Shown here: positions 9,539-17,990 of the stretch, piece by piece
Position numbering within the stretch: the first letter of the stretch is position 1
Layout: each line of letters opens with the position of its first letter
Assembly (NCBI GenBank): GCA_043821445.1
Contig: JBDRCT010000036.1
Coordinates: forward strand, 25,879 to 89,878
DNA: 64,000 nt
Direction of reading: 5' to 3'
DNA from: Candidatus Omnitrophota bacterium
GTDB lineage: Bacteria > Omnitrophota > Omnitrophia > Omnitrophales > Aquincolibacteriaceae
Translations under genes and position numbers: made by a program
The notes under the pieces: model-generated
Told to the model about the DNA's origin: nothing
The model's database searches: none
What the model saw: only the letters and a program-made list of their open reading frames with translations

Positions 9539-10324
9539 CTATTTTTGAGGTTGAGCCGTATAAATAAAGCCTTCGCTGTCGTAAGCCTTTAGCGTACCGT
9601 CCTCAGCAATTATCACATAGTCGCCGAATGAATTATTGGGATTTGCATACAGGCGTTCTTCACCCGAAATATTTTTGACAAACAGCTCTTTTATGTCGCC
9701 ACTCCCATCTCGAAATTTTCTCTCTCTAATATATTTCCCACCTTTTTTTCGAATAATAACTCTATGCGCGAGAGAGGGGGCCCACTCGTCAAACCATCTG
9801 CCAACCAAGATGCCATTCTCGTTCTCTAATGGAGGCACATCGTCTTTGGCGGCGGGAGAATCATACTTATCAGCCCATTGAACCTTGGTCTCATAACCGC
9901 TTCTGTCATTTGAAGCCGCTATGTCTGCGGTTACTGCACATTGACTACCAGGATTGCCCGCTGGACACCAAAGCACCATTGCGACATTAAAAGAACCCAC
10001 GGCTTCAGGGTCTGTATCGTAAACAAGCATATGAATTCGGTCTATTTCACTATCTTTGTTTCTAATGTCTAGGATTGCTGCATCTATTATTTTTTTATAT
10101 TGTTCTTTGGTTAAATCAGGTTTGACGGTGATACTGCATCCCATTGTTTTGATTTTAGGTAGCGAAGCTAGTTCAGTTAAAGTATAGGAAGAGGCTGGTC
10201 TGCTCAACGCCGAAATGCTACTTTCATTGTTTGACTTAATTTGATAGTCCGCCTCTGCAAAACAAGGTGAGCTGAGAGCGCTGAGGACTGCGATGGCGAG
10301 TAATACCACTATCATCTTCTTCAT
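9539..10324 (-). CDS. Secreted protein, paralogue A (shared C-terminal ~90-aa domain)
   Basis: Signal peptide. C-terminal GRWFDEWAPSLAHRVIIRK...GEERLYANPNNSFGDYVIIAEDGTLKAYDSEGFIYTAQP aligns with the C-terminus of the next gene. Confidence 0.55.
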   Translation of the reverse strand: MKKMIVVLLAIAVLSALSSPCFAEADYQIKSNNESSISALSRPASSYTLTELASLPKIKTMGCSITVKPDLTKEQYKKIIDAAILDIRNKDSEIDRIHMLVYDTDPEAVGSFNVAMVLWCPAGNPGSQCAVTADIAASNDRSGYETKVQWADKYDSPAAKDDVPPLENENGILVGRWFDEWAPSLAHRVIIRKKGGKYIRERKFRDGSGDIKELFVKNISGEERLYANPNNSFGDYVIIAEDGTLKAYDSEGFIYTAQPQK

Positions 10325-10358
10325 GGTGAACCCCCTAAGTTAGAAAGACAAGACGACC

Positions 10359-11300
10359 TCAATTAATCAAAAATGGAGGTTGTTCTTTTCGTGGTTCGTT
10401 CCTATAGAGGAAACCTTCCTTGTCATAATAGTTGAGCCAACCATCCTTGGCGATAACCATATAGGCGCCTGAAGAATTCCCAGGTTTGTCGGTTAGCCGT
10501 TCCTCACCAGCAACACGTGTAACCGAAAGCTTTTCTTCGCTGCTGTTTCCTTCCTCGTATATTTTTTTTATAAAATATTCTTCCCCACTCTTTCGAATCA
10601 CAACAATGTGAAAAGGGATAGACCAGACATTAAACCATCTTCCCAACACAACCCCACTGTTATAATCAGATGACTTATCGAGATTGCTTTCGGTGTAAAG
10701 TTCGGATTGTTTAGGTTTCATAATCGCATCTAGGGATAAAATCTCACCACATTGTTTCAAGGCATCATTTAAAAAATCGAGACGAATGTCCATTTGCGGA
10801 TTTTTTCCTTTCAACAAATCCCCATAGTCGAAACGTAAATTAAATAAATAAGACAAGGCGACTAACATTTGCCGCTTTGCTTCAGCGCTTTCTGGACACG
10901 TCGTAGAAACCGATTGGGTTTTTTGTTTTAGGGCTTCGAGTTGTTTTGACCAATTAGCTGACCAGCCACTCCACGGCAGCTTTTGAAATTCTTCCGCTGC
11001 CTTTAAATCATCACCTTTGAGAGCGTAAGCTAAGCTTATAGAGGTATCTTCATGGTTGGGGTTATAATTTTGTTTTTTAAACTCCTGATATTTATTTATT
11101 AACTCTCCATGCATTTCCTCGGTTTGCTTTAAAAGGATTGTTAGCTCATTCAGTTCCGAATGTTTGACTATATATTCATTTTTTATACGGGACGTGCCGT
11201 TTTCTTTTACAATTACTGTGGTTGCATCACAAGGAAACGGTAGTATCAAAATCAGCAAAAGAGAGAATAGGGCTTTAATTATCGAAAGATGTTTTCTCAT
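10359..11300 (-). CDS. Secreted protein, paralogue B (shared C-terminal ~90-aa domain)
   Basis: Signal peptide. C-terminal GRWFNVWSIPFHIVVIRK...GEERLTDKPGNSSGAYMVIAKDGWLNYYDKEGFLYRNEP. Confidence 0.55.
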   Translation of the reverse strand: MRKHLSIIKALFSLLLILILPFPCDATTVIVKENGTSRIKNEYIVKHSELNELTILLKQTEEMHGELINKYQEFKKQNYNPNHEDTSISLAYALKGDDLKAAEEFQKLPWSGWSANWSKQLEALKQKTQSVSTTCPESAEAKRQMLVALSYLFNLRFDYGDLLKGKNPQMDIRLDFLNDALKQCGEILSLDAIMKPKQSELYTESNLDKSSDYNSGVVLGRWFNVWSIPFHIVVIRKSGEEYFIKKIYEEGNSSEEKLSVTRVAGEERLTDKPGNSSGAYMVIAKDGWLNYYDKEGFLYRNEPRKEQPPFLIN

Positions 11301-11400
11301 AAATCCCCTTTACGCTTTGTAGACTATCGTCTTCCGCAGAAGCTTTAGTTTGAATAAAAAGCAGACAGAAAAAACAGCTTTTATTGCGTGAGAATGTTAA

Positions 11401-11622
11401 TCAGCGATTAAGATATGCTTGGTAAGCGCCATCAATGAGAAATTGCTCAGGCGTACCAGTGGCCCTAGACTTGTTGGCGATACTAGATTTAATTTCAGAG
11501 GGAGTTTTGCCAATCACGGAGGCGATGTAGTTTATTTTTTCCTCATTGCTTTCGGCATAGGCTTGAACTATAGGGCACGTCAAAAAACATATTAAGAGAA
11601 GTATAGCTATACGCAGATTCAT
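11401..11622 (-). CDS. Small secreted protein (73 aa)
   Basis: Signal-peptide-like N-terminus. Confidence 0.4.
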   Translation of the reverse strand: MNLRIAILLLICFLTCPIVQAYAESNEEKINYIASVIGKTPSEIKSSIANKSRATGTPEQFLIDGAYQAYLNR

Positions 11623-11660
11623 TGTGGCTGTCCTTCGTGGGTTTATCGTTAGTATATTTT

Positions 11661-11957
11661 TTAGTTCGTATCGCTAACTTCAAATAGACCGTACATTCTG
11701 CTGATGCTCATTGATAAGACGTTTGAATCGCTGGAATCATAGAAACTATTAAAAGCACCGTAATAAAAATTCCAATCATGCTTACCAATGCTAGCTAAAT
11801 TTTGACAAATATTGACTTTGGCTTCATAGTTCGCTTTTTGCCAAGCATAGCCATCATCAGTCATGGTTAAGCTGTCAGTAGCAAGAGCCACTGAGCACAC
11901 CGTCAGGAAAAGAAGAGTAAGAACGGTTATTTTCTCCTGGCTCATATTTCCTCCCAT
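11661..11957 (-). CDS. Small secreted protein (98 aa)
   Basis: Signal-peptide-like N-terminus. Confidence 0.4.
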   Translation of the reverse strand: MGGNMSQEKITVLTLLFLTVCSVALATDSLTMTDDGYAWQKANYEAKVNICQNLASIGKHDWNFYYGAFNSFYDSSDSNVLSMSISRMYGLFEVSDTN

Positions 11958-12029
11958 TTTGTAGACTATCGTCTGTAGAGTTATAGTCTACATTTAGCAA
12001 TCATATGCCTCAAGGATATTCTGGGGTAT

Positions 12030-12251
12030 ATGCAAACCATACAAAAAGCTTTCGGGTTAGCCGTCAGGAAATACCGCTATGGGCTAGGTTTGTCTCAAGA
12101 GGAATTTGCTGAAAAGGCGGGGATTCATAGAACCTATGTCTCGGATATTGAACTGGGCAAGGTCTCTATCGGGCTAAGCGTGGCTCAAAAGCTAGCTTCG
12201 GTATTTGGTTTGAAACTGAGCGAATTAATCAAAAAAGCCGAGAAATATTAG
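12030..12251 (+). CDS. XRE-family HTH transcriptional regulator
   Basis: GLSQEEFAEKAGIHRTYVSDIELGK is a classic Cro/C1-type HTH. Confidence 0.75.
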   Translation: MQTIQKAFGLAVRKYRYGLGLSQEEFAEKAGIHRTYVSDIELGKVSIGLSVAQKLASVFGLKLSELIKKAEKY

Positions 12252-12363
12252 TTTCCCGCTTTCACCTTCCTTTAAATCTGCTAAAGAATTAAAAACCTGT
12301 CAAATCGATTTTTCCCCCTGGGGGAATTTAGCTAAAAAGGGCTATTTTTGACATTACAGCTCT

Positions 12364-12429
12364 TCTTTTTCTTTATGGCTATCACCCCTATTAGGAAGGA
12401 ACCCAGGGGCTTAAATCGCTTTTAATGGC
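12364..12429. repeat. Right copy of imperfect direct repeat (att-like); core CTTAAATCGCTTTTAATGGC at 12410..12429
   Basis: Shares TTATGGCTAT and a perfect 20-bp core with 4690..4750. Confidence 0.55.
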
Positions 12430-12539
12430 TTGTTTTTCTTCGAAGGGTATATAGCACAGTTATTTGCGAGCAGATACATTGGCAAGAATTGCGAAAGCTT
12501 TAAAGATACCTGCTGGAAAATTGCTTGTCCTTTAATCTG

Positions 12540-13121
12540 TTAGACCTGATTAATCGCTTCCCCGCTCATTGCTTTGCGCGCAGGCTTATCGATATTATTT
12601 TCTTGTCCGCTGATTGAGGGAATCCATATTGGAAATTTATACAGCAAGCTAAGTCTTTTTTGTTCCAGAGCCGCCAGCGATACCTGCTCAGTAGCGATTC
12701 TCATATCAATCATTACTTTAATAAGACCCCCGCTATATTCCGCACTTTCTTTTTGAGAATCAGAAATACTCCCCTTAGCCTTAGCTATTTCTTCCTCCAA
12801 TCGCTTGATTTCTTTTGTTGAATCAACAGCTTCATCAATCGCTTCCCCATTTACCGAGTAGCTAATTTTTATGAACTTATTAATTCCCTGCCTTTTTTGC
12901 TCTAACATGGCTAGTGTATTTTTATAAATTTGCTCTCTAACTGTTAATAAATCTAGGACTAGTCCTCCAGAATAGTTTTGCTTCTCTTTTTGAAGTTCAG
13001 CTACCTGGGCGTTAAGACTTGTGATTTCTGAATCTATTTTTTTGGTATCGATTGGTTGGGCGCAACTCGTCAGCATGAGCGATAGAAGAAAAAGTATCCC
13101 CCCTCTTTTCGGGCTTTTCAT
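12540..13121 (-). CDS. Lipoprotein with coiled-coil segments
   Basis: Lipobox LTSCAQP after the signal peptide. Heptad-like repeats. Confidence 0.5.
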   Translation of the reverse strand: MKSPKRGGILFLLSLMLTSCAQPIDTKKIDSEITSLNAQVAELQKEKQNYSGGLVLDLLTVREQIYKNTLAMLEQKRQGINKFIKISYSVNGEAIDEAVDSTKEIKRLEEEIAKAKGSISDSQKESAEYSGGLIKVMIDMRIATEQVSLAALEQKRLSLLYKFPIWIPSISGQENNIDKPARKAMSGEAINQV

Positions 13122-13129
13122 ATGGCTCC

Positions 13130-13699
13130 TTATAATTGTTTTACTGCTTTTTCTTCATTAAGTTTTTTGGCAATTACTGCCAGCGCCTTGCATTCGTATC
13201 TAATCATCAATCCTAAGGTGAAGTTATCCCCAAAAAGCACTAACTGAATAATGGATTCTGGGGTATCCCACTCCGAAAAATAGGCGCCTTCGCCGGTAGA
13301 AATTGCCGTTGCGTCGTCTATGAATTGATTGTCGCTACCTTTTCTTGCTTTTTGTTTCGGTTCGCCGTATTTCTTTTTTAAGAGACTCTCAAATTCATCG
13401 AACTTTGAAATGTAGGTTTTTTTATTTGTTGTTTTTATTTGTATTAAAACCCCCGTTTGATAAAGCTTTCTTTCGACAAATTGAAAGCCTATTTGAACAT
13501 TTTCACCAGAGATCGTGCTTAAGAAAAACGGGGTCCCATCGCTGTCCGTTTTAAAATCCATATTAGGAAAAGCGGCTTTGACTTGCTCAAGACTCATTCC
13601 CCACTTAGCATTTTGATAGCCCTCTGTAAAATCAGAAGCACTACTGCTGGTGATTGGCATTATTAAAAGAAACATTAGCATTAAGGTTCTTTTCCCCAT
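13130..13699 (-). CDS. Secreted hypothetical protein
   Basis: Signal peptide MGKRTLMLMFLLIMPITSSSAS. Confidence 0.5.
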   Translation of the reverse strand: MGKRTLMLMFLLIMPITSSSASDFTEGYQNAKWGMSLEQVKAAFPNMDFKTDSDGTPFFLSTISGENVQIGFQFVERKLYQTGVLIQIKTTNKKTYISKFDEFESLLKKKYGEPKQKARKGSDNQFIDDATAISTGEGAYFSEWDTPESIIQLVLFGDNFTLGLMIRYECKALAVIAKKLNEEKAVKQL

Positions 13700-13717
13700 T
13701 ATTCTGTCTCCTTATCT

Positions 13718-13912
13718 TTAATCAAGAAACGTTTGAATAACTTCTATTTGTTCCTTAGTCGGTTTTGTCTCACCCAGCTCCAGCCGGGCAATGTAATCCT
13801 GACTGACACCCATTCGTTCAGCAAGCTCAACGATTGTTACTCGCTTTGACTTACGAATATGACGAATCATGTCACCAGGGGTTACGAAATATGGGGCGTC
13901 TTCTTCTGTCAT
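13718..13912 (-). CDS. XRE-family HTH regulator (64 aa)
   Basis: RVTIVELAERMGVSQDYIARLELGE. Confidence 0.65.
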   Translation of the reverse strand: MTEEDAPYFVTPGDMIRHIRKSKRVTIVELAERMGVSQDYIARLELGETKPTKEQIEVIQTFLD

Positions 13913-13927
13913 TGCTTTTTCAATTTC

Positions 13928-14491
13928 CTAAAGTTGGTACGTAGCCTTCACTCTTACTGAGTCTTTAAGATACGTATACCAAACAATAACATATACGCCT
14001 GTTTGAAATAAACTGATGAACGTCGGCTGCAACATGGCCTTATTCGCTTCTTCAGGAAGTCCTCCCATAAATGGTAAAATCGCACCTACCACATTACATC
14101 CTATAGAAAACAACAGATATCTTTTAGCCATTTGAACAGCACCTGCCTTTATTTTCCACAGTCCGACGCCCGCATAAATGCTAAAGGCCATAATAACCAA
14201 GTTAAGGAAAGTAAGTATAACGCAAACGACTAGGAATCTTGGAAACTGGCCAAACAGCTGCGACGTGTTCGAGTATAATCCAGCAATGTCTCGTATTATT
14301 CCAATGGGCGAAAGCATTGTAAGGCTAATACAAAAGAATAACAGCCATCCATCTACTCCCGCGTAAGTTTTGGTTGTTTGCTGAGTCATCGGCGCAATTT
14401 CACCGGTATTTAAATCACTTTTGCATTTCCAACATATAGACAACGCTGGATTGTTTTTTTCTTTACATTTAGGGCATGCTTTAGAGTTCAT
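13928..14491 (-). CDS. Membrane protein with N-terminal zinc ribbon
   Basis: N-terminal zinc ribbon CPKCKEKNNPALSICWKCKSDL, then several TM helices. Confidence 0.55.
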   Translation of the reverse strand: MNSKACPKCKEKNNPALSICWKCKSDLNTGEIAPMTQQTTKTYAGVDGWLLFFCISLTMLSPIGIIRDIAGLYSNTSQLFGQFPRFLVVCVILTFLNLVIMAFSIYAGVGLWKIKAGAVQMAKRYLLFSIGCNVVGAILPFMGGLPEEANKAMLQPTFISLFQTGVYVIVWYTYLKDSVRVKATYQL

Positions 14492-14804
14492 GCTTCTCTC
14501 CTATCTTATTCCGCAGCGTTAACAAATAAATTCCTATTCCCATATCAATTGGAAACCAGATTAATCTAACTAAATAAACTGGAAATAGTGGGTTAAAGAG
14601 AACGGCAATGATAATCAAAGGGATTTTATGCCCCTTAAGGGCTTCATCCTGCCCGAGCTTTATCGCTGCATACACTGTAATGCCGCACACGAGAAGCCGA
14701 AGAAGCGTATAAAAGCCATACGGCCAGATTGGGATGACGGCTAGAAAAAGAATAATAGCCGCTATCAATAAGAGGGATTTTAATTGGTCTTGTAACTGAC
14801 TCAC
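14481..14804 (-). CDS. Small polytopic membrane protein
   Basis: 107 aa, three hydrophobic helices. Confidence 0.45.
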   Translation of the reverse strand: MSQLQDQLKSLLLIAAIILFLAVIPIWPYGFYTLLRLLVCGITVYAAIKLGQDEALKGHKIPLIIIAVLFNPLFPVYLVRLIWFPIDMGIGIYLLTLRNKIGEKHEL

Positions 14805-14816
14805 ATGAGATTCTCT

Positions 14817-15479
14817 TTATCTTGAGGTTGTTTCGTTCGAGTCTAGACCTAACTGCCTTTGAAGTGTGCCTCCACATTTCCAGCAAGACAAAAGGTCTGG
14901 GTTGTTTTTTTCATAACATGACGGGCAGATTCTACTGCCAGCTATGACCTCTCCCGCTGAATCCGCATTTACCGTTGCTCTAATCTCATATTTCTTTTGT
15001 TCAACCGTCTCGTAAATAGATCCTAACCACGCAGCATAAATTCTCATCCCATAGGTAATAATTAATCCCAAAACTATTCCTCCGGCGGCGGCCCATTGCC
15101 TCGCAAATAAAAGTCCAATGCAAGCTATGGGAGATACAGCGGGAAAGTAAAATAGGAGGAATAGAGCAAACCATTTCAAATAAAAAACAACCGTTAAAAA
15201 AGAAAAAAGCCATACCGCTGCCCCGCACGAATAAGAGAGAACCATGGATGTTATCGCCATAGAACTTCTTAGTGGCTGGAAAAAAGACAGTGGCAAAACG
15301 ATGAATAAAAAGACCAGGATAGAAAGGCCTGCGAGCCATGAAACAATCGGGTAAAGAAAAGCAGAAATCGCCGTAAATCCTGCAAACATTGCTCCAAAAA
15401 GAAGCATAAATCCGGCCATTATTGCGAGTCCTAGTAAAACGCTGCCACTTTGTTTTAACATTTCTGTGATGTTAGCCAT
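14817..15479 (-). CDS. Polytopic membrane protein with C-terminal zinc ribbon (paralogous motif to 13928..14491)
   Basis: C-terminal zinc ribbon CPSCYEKNNPDLLSCWKCGGTL, mirroring the N-terminal motif of the gene two positions upstream. Confidence 0.55.
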   Translation of the reverse strand: MANITEMLKQSGSVLLGLAIMAGFMLLFGAMFAGFTAISAFLYPIVSWLAGLSILVFLFIVLPLSFFQPLRSSMAITSMVLSYSCGAAVWLFSFLTVVFYLKWFALFLLFYFPAVSPIACIGLLFARQWAAAGGIVLGLIITYGMRIYAAWLGSIYETVEQKKYEIRATVNADSAGEVIAGSRICPSCYEKNNPDLLSCWKCGGTLQRQLGLDSNETTSR

Positions 15480-15512
15480 GAAAGCTCCTTTGTTCTCTCT
15501 ATTTTTGTTTCT

Positions 15513-15767
15513 CTATGGCTTACAAACCTTGCATGGAATATACCCAGCCTGCATTGCCTCTTCCTTGCTGCTGAATCCAACGAGGTTAGAGGGCTTAATT
15601 CTTTTTGCCCAAACACAAGATGGACGATGGTATTTATTCGATTTACTAGACCCCACGTAAGTCATTTCCTGCTTCTGGGCATAGGTAGTGGGTGTTACTA
15701 CATGGGGAAAAACGAGGATGGAGATTGTGAGAATAACGCTAACGAGAAACGGGCGTAGTAGTTTCAT
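15513..15767 (-). CDS. Small secreted protein with Ada-like Cys4 metal-binding domain
   Basis: Signal peptide. YHRPSCVWAKRI...FSSKEEAMQAGYIPCKVCKP matches the Ada N-terminal zinc-binding pattern (PSC...EA..AGYxPCKxCxP). It overlaps the thermonuclease gene by 29 nt. Confidence 0.5.
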   Translation of the reverse strand: MKLLRPFLVSVILTISILVFPHVVTPTTYAQKQEMTYVGSSKSNKYHRPSCVWAKRIKPSNLVGFSSKEEAMQAGYIPCKVCKP

Positions 15768-16362
15768 TTTCTTTTCTCCTTATTTGCTCCGAAAGTTTCA
15801 GCTTGGCAATGTAATCTAGAACAGACTTTCTTTGCTCTTCAGTGAGTCCCTCATACTCTGCAATCAGTCCTTTAATTTCATCATCTCCAACGGTCATCTT
15901 CCAAAGCCCAAGTTGCTTTTCCCGAGCTTCTTGTTCAAGTTTCCTGAATTCCTCTAGTCGCTTAAAGGGAAATCTCGTATATGCAAACCCATAACCTTGC
16001 TTGATTATTTCGGCATTAAGAAACAAACCGTCTGAGTCTCGATAGACATAAGCAAGGGTGCGACCATACTTGTCTTTCTTCTCCCAATCATATTCCAGTC
16101 GGATTTCTTTTCCTTCCATCAATTTTTTAACAAACTGGTATGCCTCTTCAGCAAAGTACTGAACGGGTTTACTAGGGTGGTGTAACTCCGGAGTATCTAC
16201 GCCTATTAAACGCACTTTTTCACCGTTGGAGAGCTTTATAGTATCGCCGTCAACGCAACGAGCAACAGTAAGAGAATCGGTGGCTGTGGAGATCCTAGAA
16301 GTAAAAAGGGGGCTGCCCAAGATGAGCAGCCCCCAGAATGCTATTCGTTTATTCAGTCTCAT
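15739..16362 (-). CDS. Secreted thermonuclease (staphylococcal nuclease / SNase fold)
   Basis: VDGDTIKL...RLIGVDTPE...YGRTLAYVY...LNAEIIKQGYGFAY are hallmark SNase motifs. N-terminal signal peptide. Confidence 0.8.
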   Translation of the reverse strand: MRLNKRIAFWGLLILGSPLFTSRISTATDSLTVARCVDGDTIKLSNGEKVRLIGVDTPELHHPSKPVQYFAEEAYQFVKKLMEGKEIRLEYDWEKKDKYGRTLAYVYRDSDGLFLNAEIIKQGYGFAYTRFPFKRLEEFRKLEQEAREKQLGLWKMTVGDDEIKGLIAEYEGLTEEQRKSVLDYIAKLKLSEQIRRKENETTTPVSR

Positions 16363-16377
16363 AGAAACAGCTGGTTA

Positions 16378-16593
16378 TTAATACCAAGCTTTCTTGTAAC
16401 CCTTTTGGCCCGTATAAGGGTTCACATTGCCTTGGGTGCTGTAATTGTTCATCTGCGTGCTATCAGGGTTTGAGCGATAATGCGGTGCAACATATGTCCC
16501 ATTCCTGCGAGTGTATCCATTCACGTACCCAGCAAAAGCGGGGGCTTGAAGGAGTGTTAGCAATAACAACACAAAAGCAAATATTTTCTTCAT
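16378..16593 (-). CDS. Small secreted protein (71 aa)
   Basis: Signal peptide MKKIFAFVLLLLTLLQAPAFA. Confidence 0.4.
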   Translation of the reverse strand: MKKIFAFVLLLLTLLQAPAFAGYVNGYTRRNGTYVAPHYRSNPDSTQMNNYSTQGNVNPYTGQKGYKKAWY

Positions 16594-16623
16594 CGTGCAC
16601 CTCTTTGGTTATCTGGTATTTGG

Positions 16624-16935
16624 CTACGAATCGCTTTCGCTATCTTCTGACCAATCATCTTCGTTGCTGTCGTCGGAATAATCATTCAAAGAAACGCTTA
16701 CAATATCACCTCTTGAATTAGTTCCAGAGGCTTCTCCCCCGCTAATATCCCCTCCATAGACGTTCATGTCGCCACCGTTTGGCCAATGAACCTGAGTAAC
16801 CGACCCATCCTCAACTTCGACAGGAACTGTATAACTACCGCTTTCCGTGGTTACCGTTGCATCATATTCGTCGCCATAAGCAAAAGGTGTAAGCAGAAGA
16901 AACGTTGCAAGGAATATAGCTAACAAATCATTCAT
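16624..16935 (-). CDS. Small secreted acidic (D/E/S-rich) protein
   Basis: The preferred start is MNDLLAIFLATFLLLTPFAYG, followed by an acidic tail. Confidence 0.4.
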   Translation of the reverse strand: MNDLLAIFLATFLLLTPFAYGDEYDATVTTESGSYTVPVEVEDGSVTQVHWPNGGDMNVYGGDISGGEASGTNSRGDIVSVSLNDYSDDSNEDDWSEDSESDS

Positions 16936-17240
16936 CGTTATCAATGGCAATGCCTTTCTCCATAAGGGACACCCCACTTCTCGCAATTGGTGCGACAGTA
17001 ATGACAGCCATCTGAAGCAGTGCGTCCTGGGTGGGCAAAAACTACTACTTGGGCGAGACAAAGCAACAGTAAAGTGAGGGCGAGTATCTTCTTCATGGCG
17101 AGCCTCCCTTTGTAGGCGGGTAGTATAAACCTAATTAATATGGCTGACTAGACGAGTTTCCTTGGACAAATCCTCTGTCTGGTGTCTATATGGTGACTAA
17201 AATAGGTCCAAATTAATCAAAATACAGCAAACTACTTACA

Positions 17241-17284
17241 AATAAAAAAATAGCGCAACCCATCTAGTTTGGATAAGTTGCGCT
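17241..17284 (-). terminator. Rho-independent terminator-like hairpin (8-bp stem AGCGCAAC/GTTGCGCT) followed by a U-run on the minus strand
   Basis: Sits immediately 3' of the tRNA-like fragment on the minus strand. Confidence 0.5.
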
Positions 17285-17315
17285 TGTTGTATTTGGAAGA
17301 TTTTTTTAGCGGTTG

Positions 17316-17359
17316 GCGGTTCCGTAGTGTGGTGCTCTATCCAATTGAGCTACGGGCGC
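17316..17359 (-). pseudogene. Truncated tRNA-Arg(ACG)-like 5' half (acceptor 5' strand, D-arm, anticodon loop); no T-arm or 3' acceptor
   Basis: Minus-strand GCGCCCG-TA-GCTCAATTGGATAGAGC-A-CCACA-CTACGGA closely matches canonical tRNA-Arg(ACG) up to the anticodon loop. No downstream GGTTCGAATCC-like T-arm exists. It coincides with the abrupt GC shift. Confidence 0.55.
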
Positions 17360-17538
17360 AAACTACATTAATTTTTCTTTTAATAAAGGCTTGTTTGCGG
17401 CCTGTCCTGATTTCGTTGATTTGTCATGAAAAAATCAGGGCGGGTACTTGAGGGGCGCCATTATACGTATTTTGAGAGGAAAAGCAAAAACAGACTTCTG
17501 CTCAAGACGCCGGAGATATTCGACCGAACGCTGACCGT

Positions 17539-17934
17539 TTATTGCGCTTCCCTCATGCTTTGTTCCATTTTCTGCTGAATGAGTCGGGCCTGAGCGGCCG
17601 CGGCCTGCGCCTGGGCCTGCATTTCCTCTCCCAAGGTCGGGCCGAGCTTTTTTTTGATCGCCTGGGAGGTTTCCCACGACTCATCGCTCATCTGCTTCAC
17701 CGGATTCCATCCCGGGATCCGCTTGAAAAGATTGTCTTCGGGATTAAGGGTCCACCAAGGCTTTCCTTTAAAATCGATCTGCCCCGGGTCGATCCCCATT
17801 TTCATGAGGGCTTGGGCATTATGATCGGGGTTTTTTTGCAGTTTGTCCCAGAGGACCTTGAAGTCGATCCGCAATCCCGCCGCAAAAACCAGGGCCGGGA
17901 TCAGGACGAGCGCCAGCAAAAACCATTTCTTCAT
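17539..17934 (-). CDS. Secreted hypothetical protein (131 aa)
   Basis: Signal peptide MKKWFLLALVLIPALVFA. GC-rich codon usage (host-like). Confidence 0.5.
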   Translation of the reverse strand: MKKWFLLALVLIPALVFAAGLRIDFKVLWDKLQKNPDHNAQALMKMGIDPGQIDFKGKPWWTLNPEDNLFKRIPGWNPVKQMSDESWETSQAIKKKLGPTLGEEMQAQAQAAAAQARLIQQKMEQSMREAQ

Positions 17935-17990
17935 CGGAAGCCTCCTTTGACTTTAAAGTGCCGGCCCTGGGTGCGCCACCTTCATTCGCC

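Noticed and set aside
17316-17359. Complete tRNA-Arg gene
   Set aside because: Only the 5' half (to the anticodon loop) is present. The anticodon-stem 3' strand, T-arm and acceptor 3' strand are absent on inspection of the downstream sequence.
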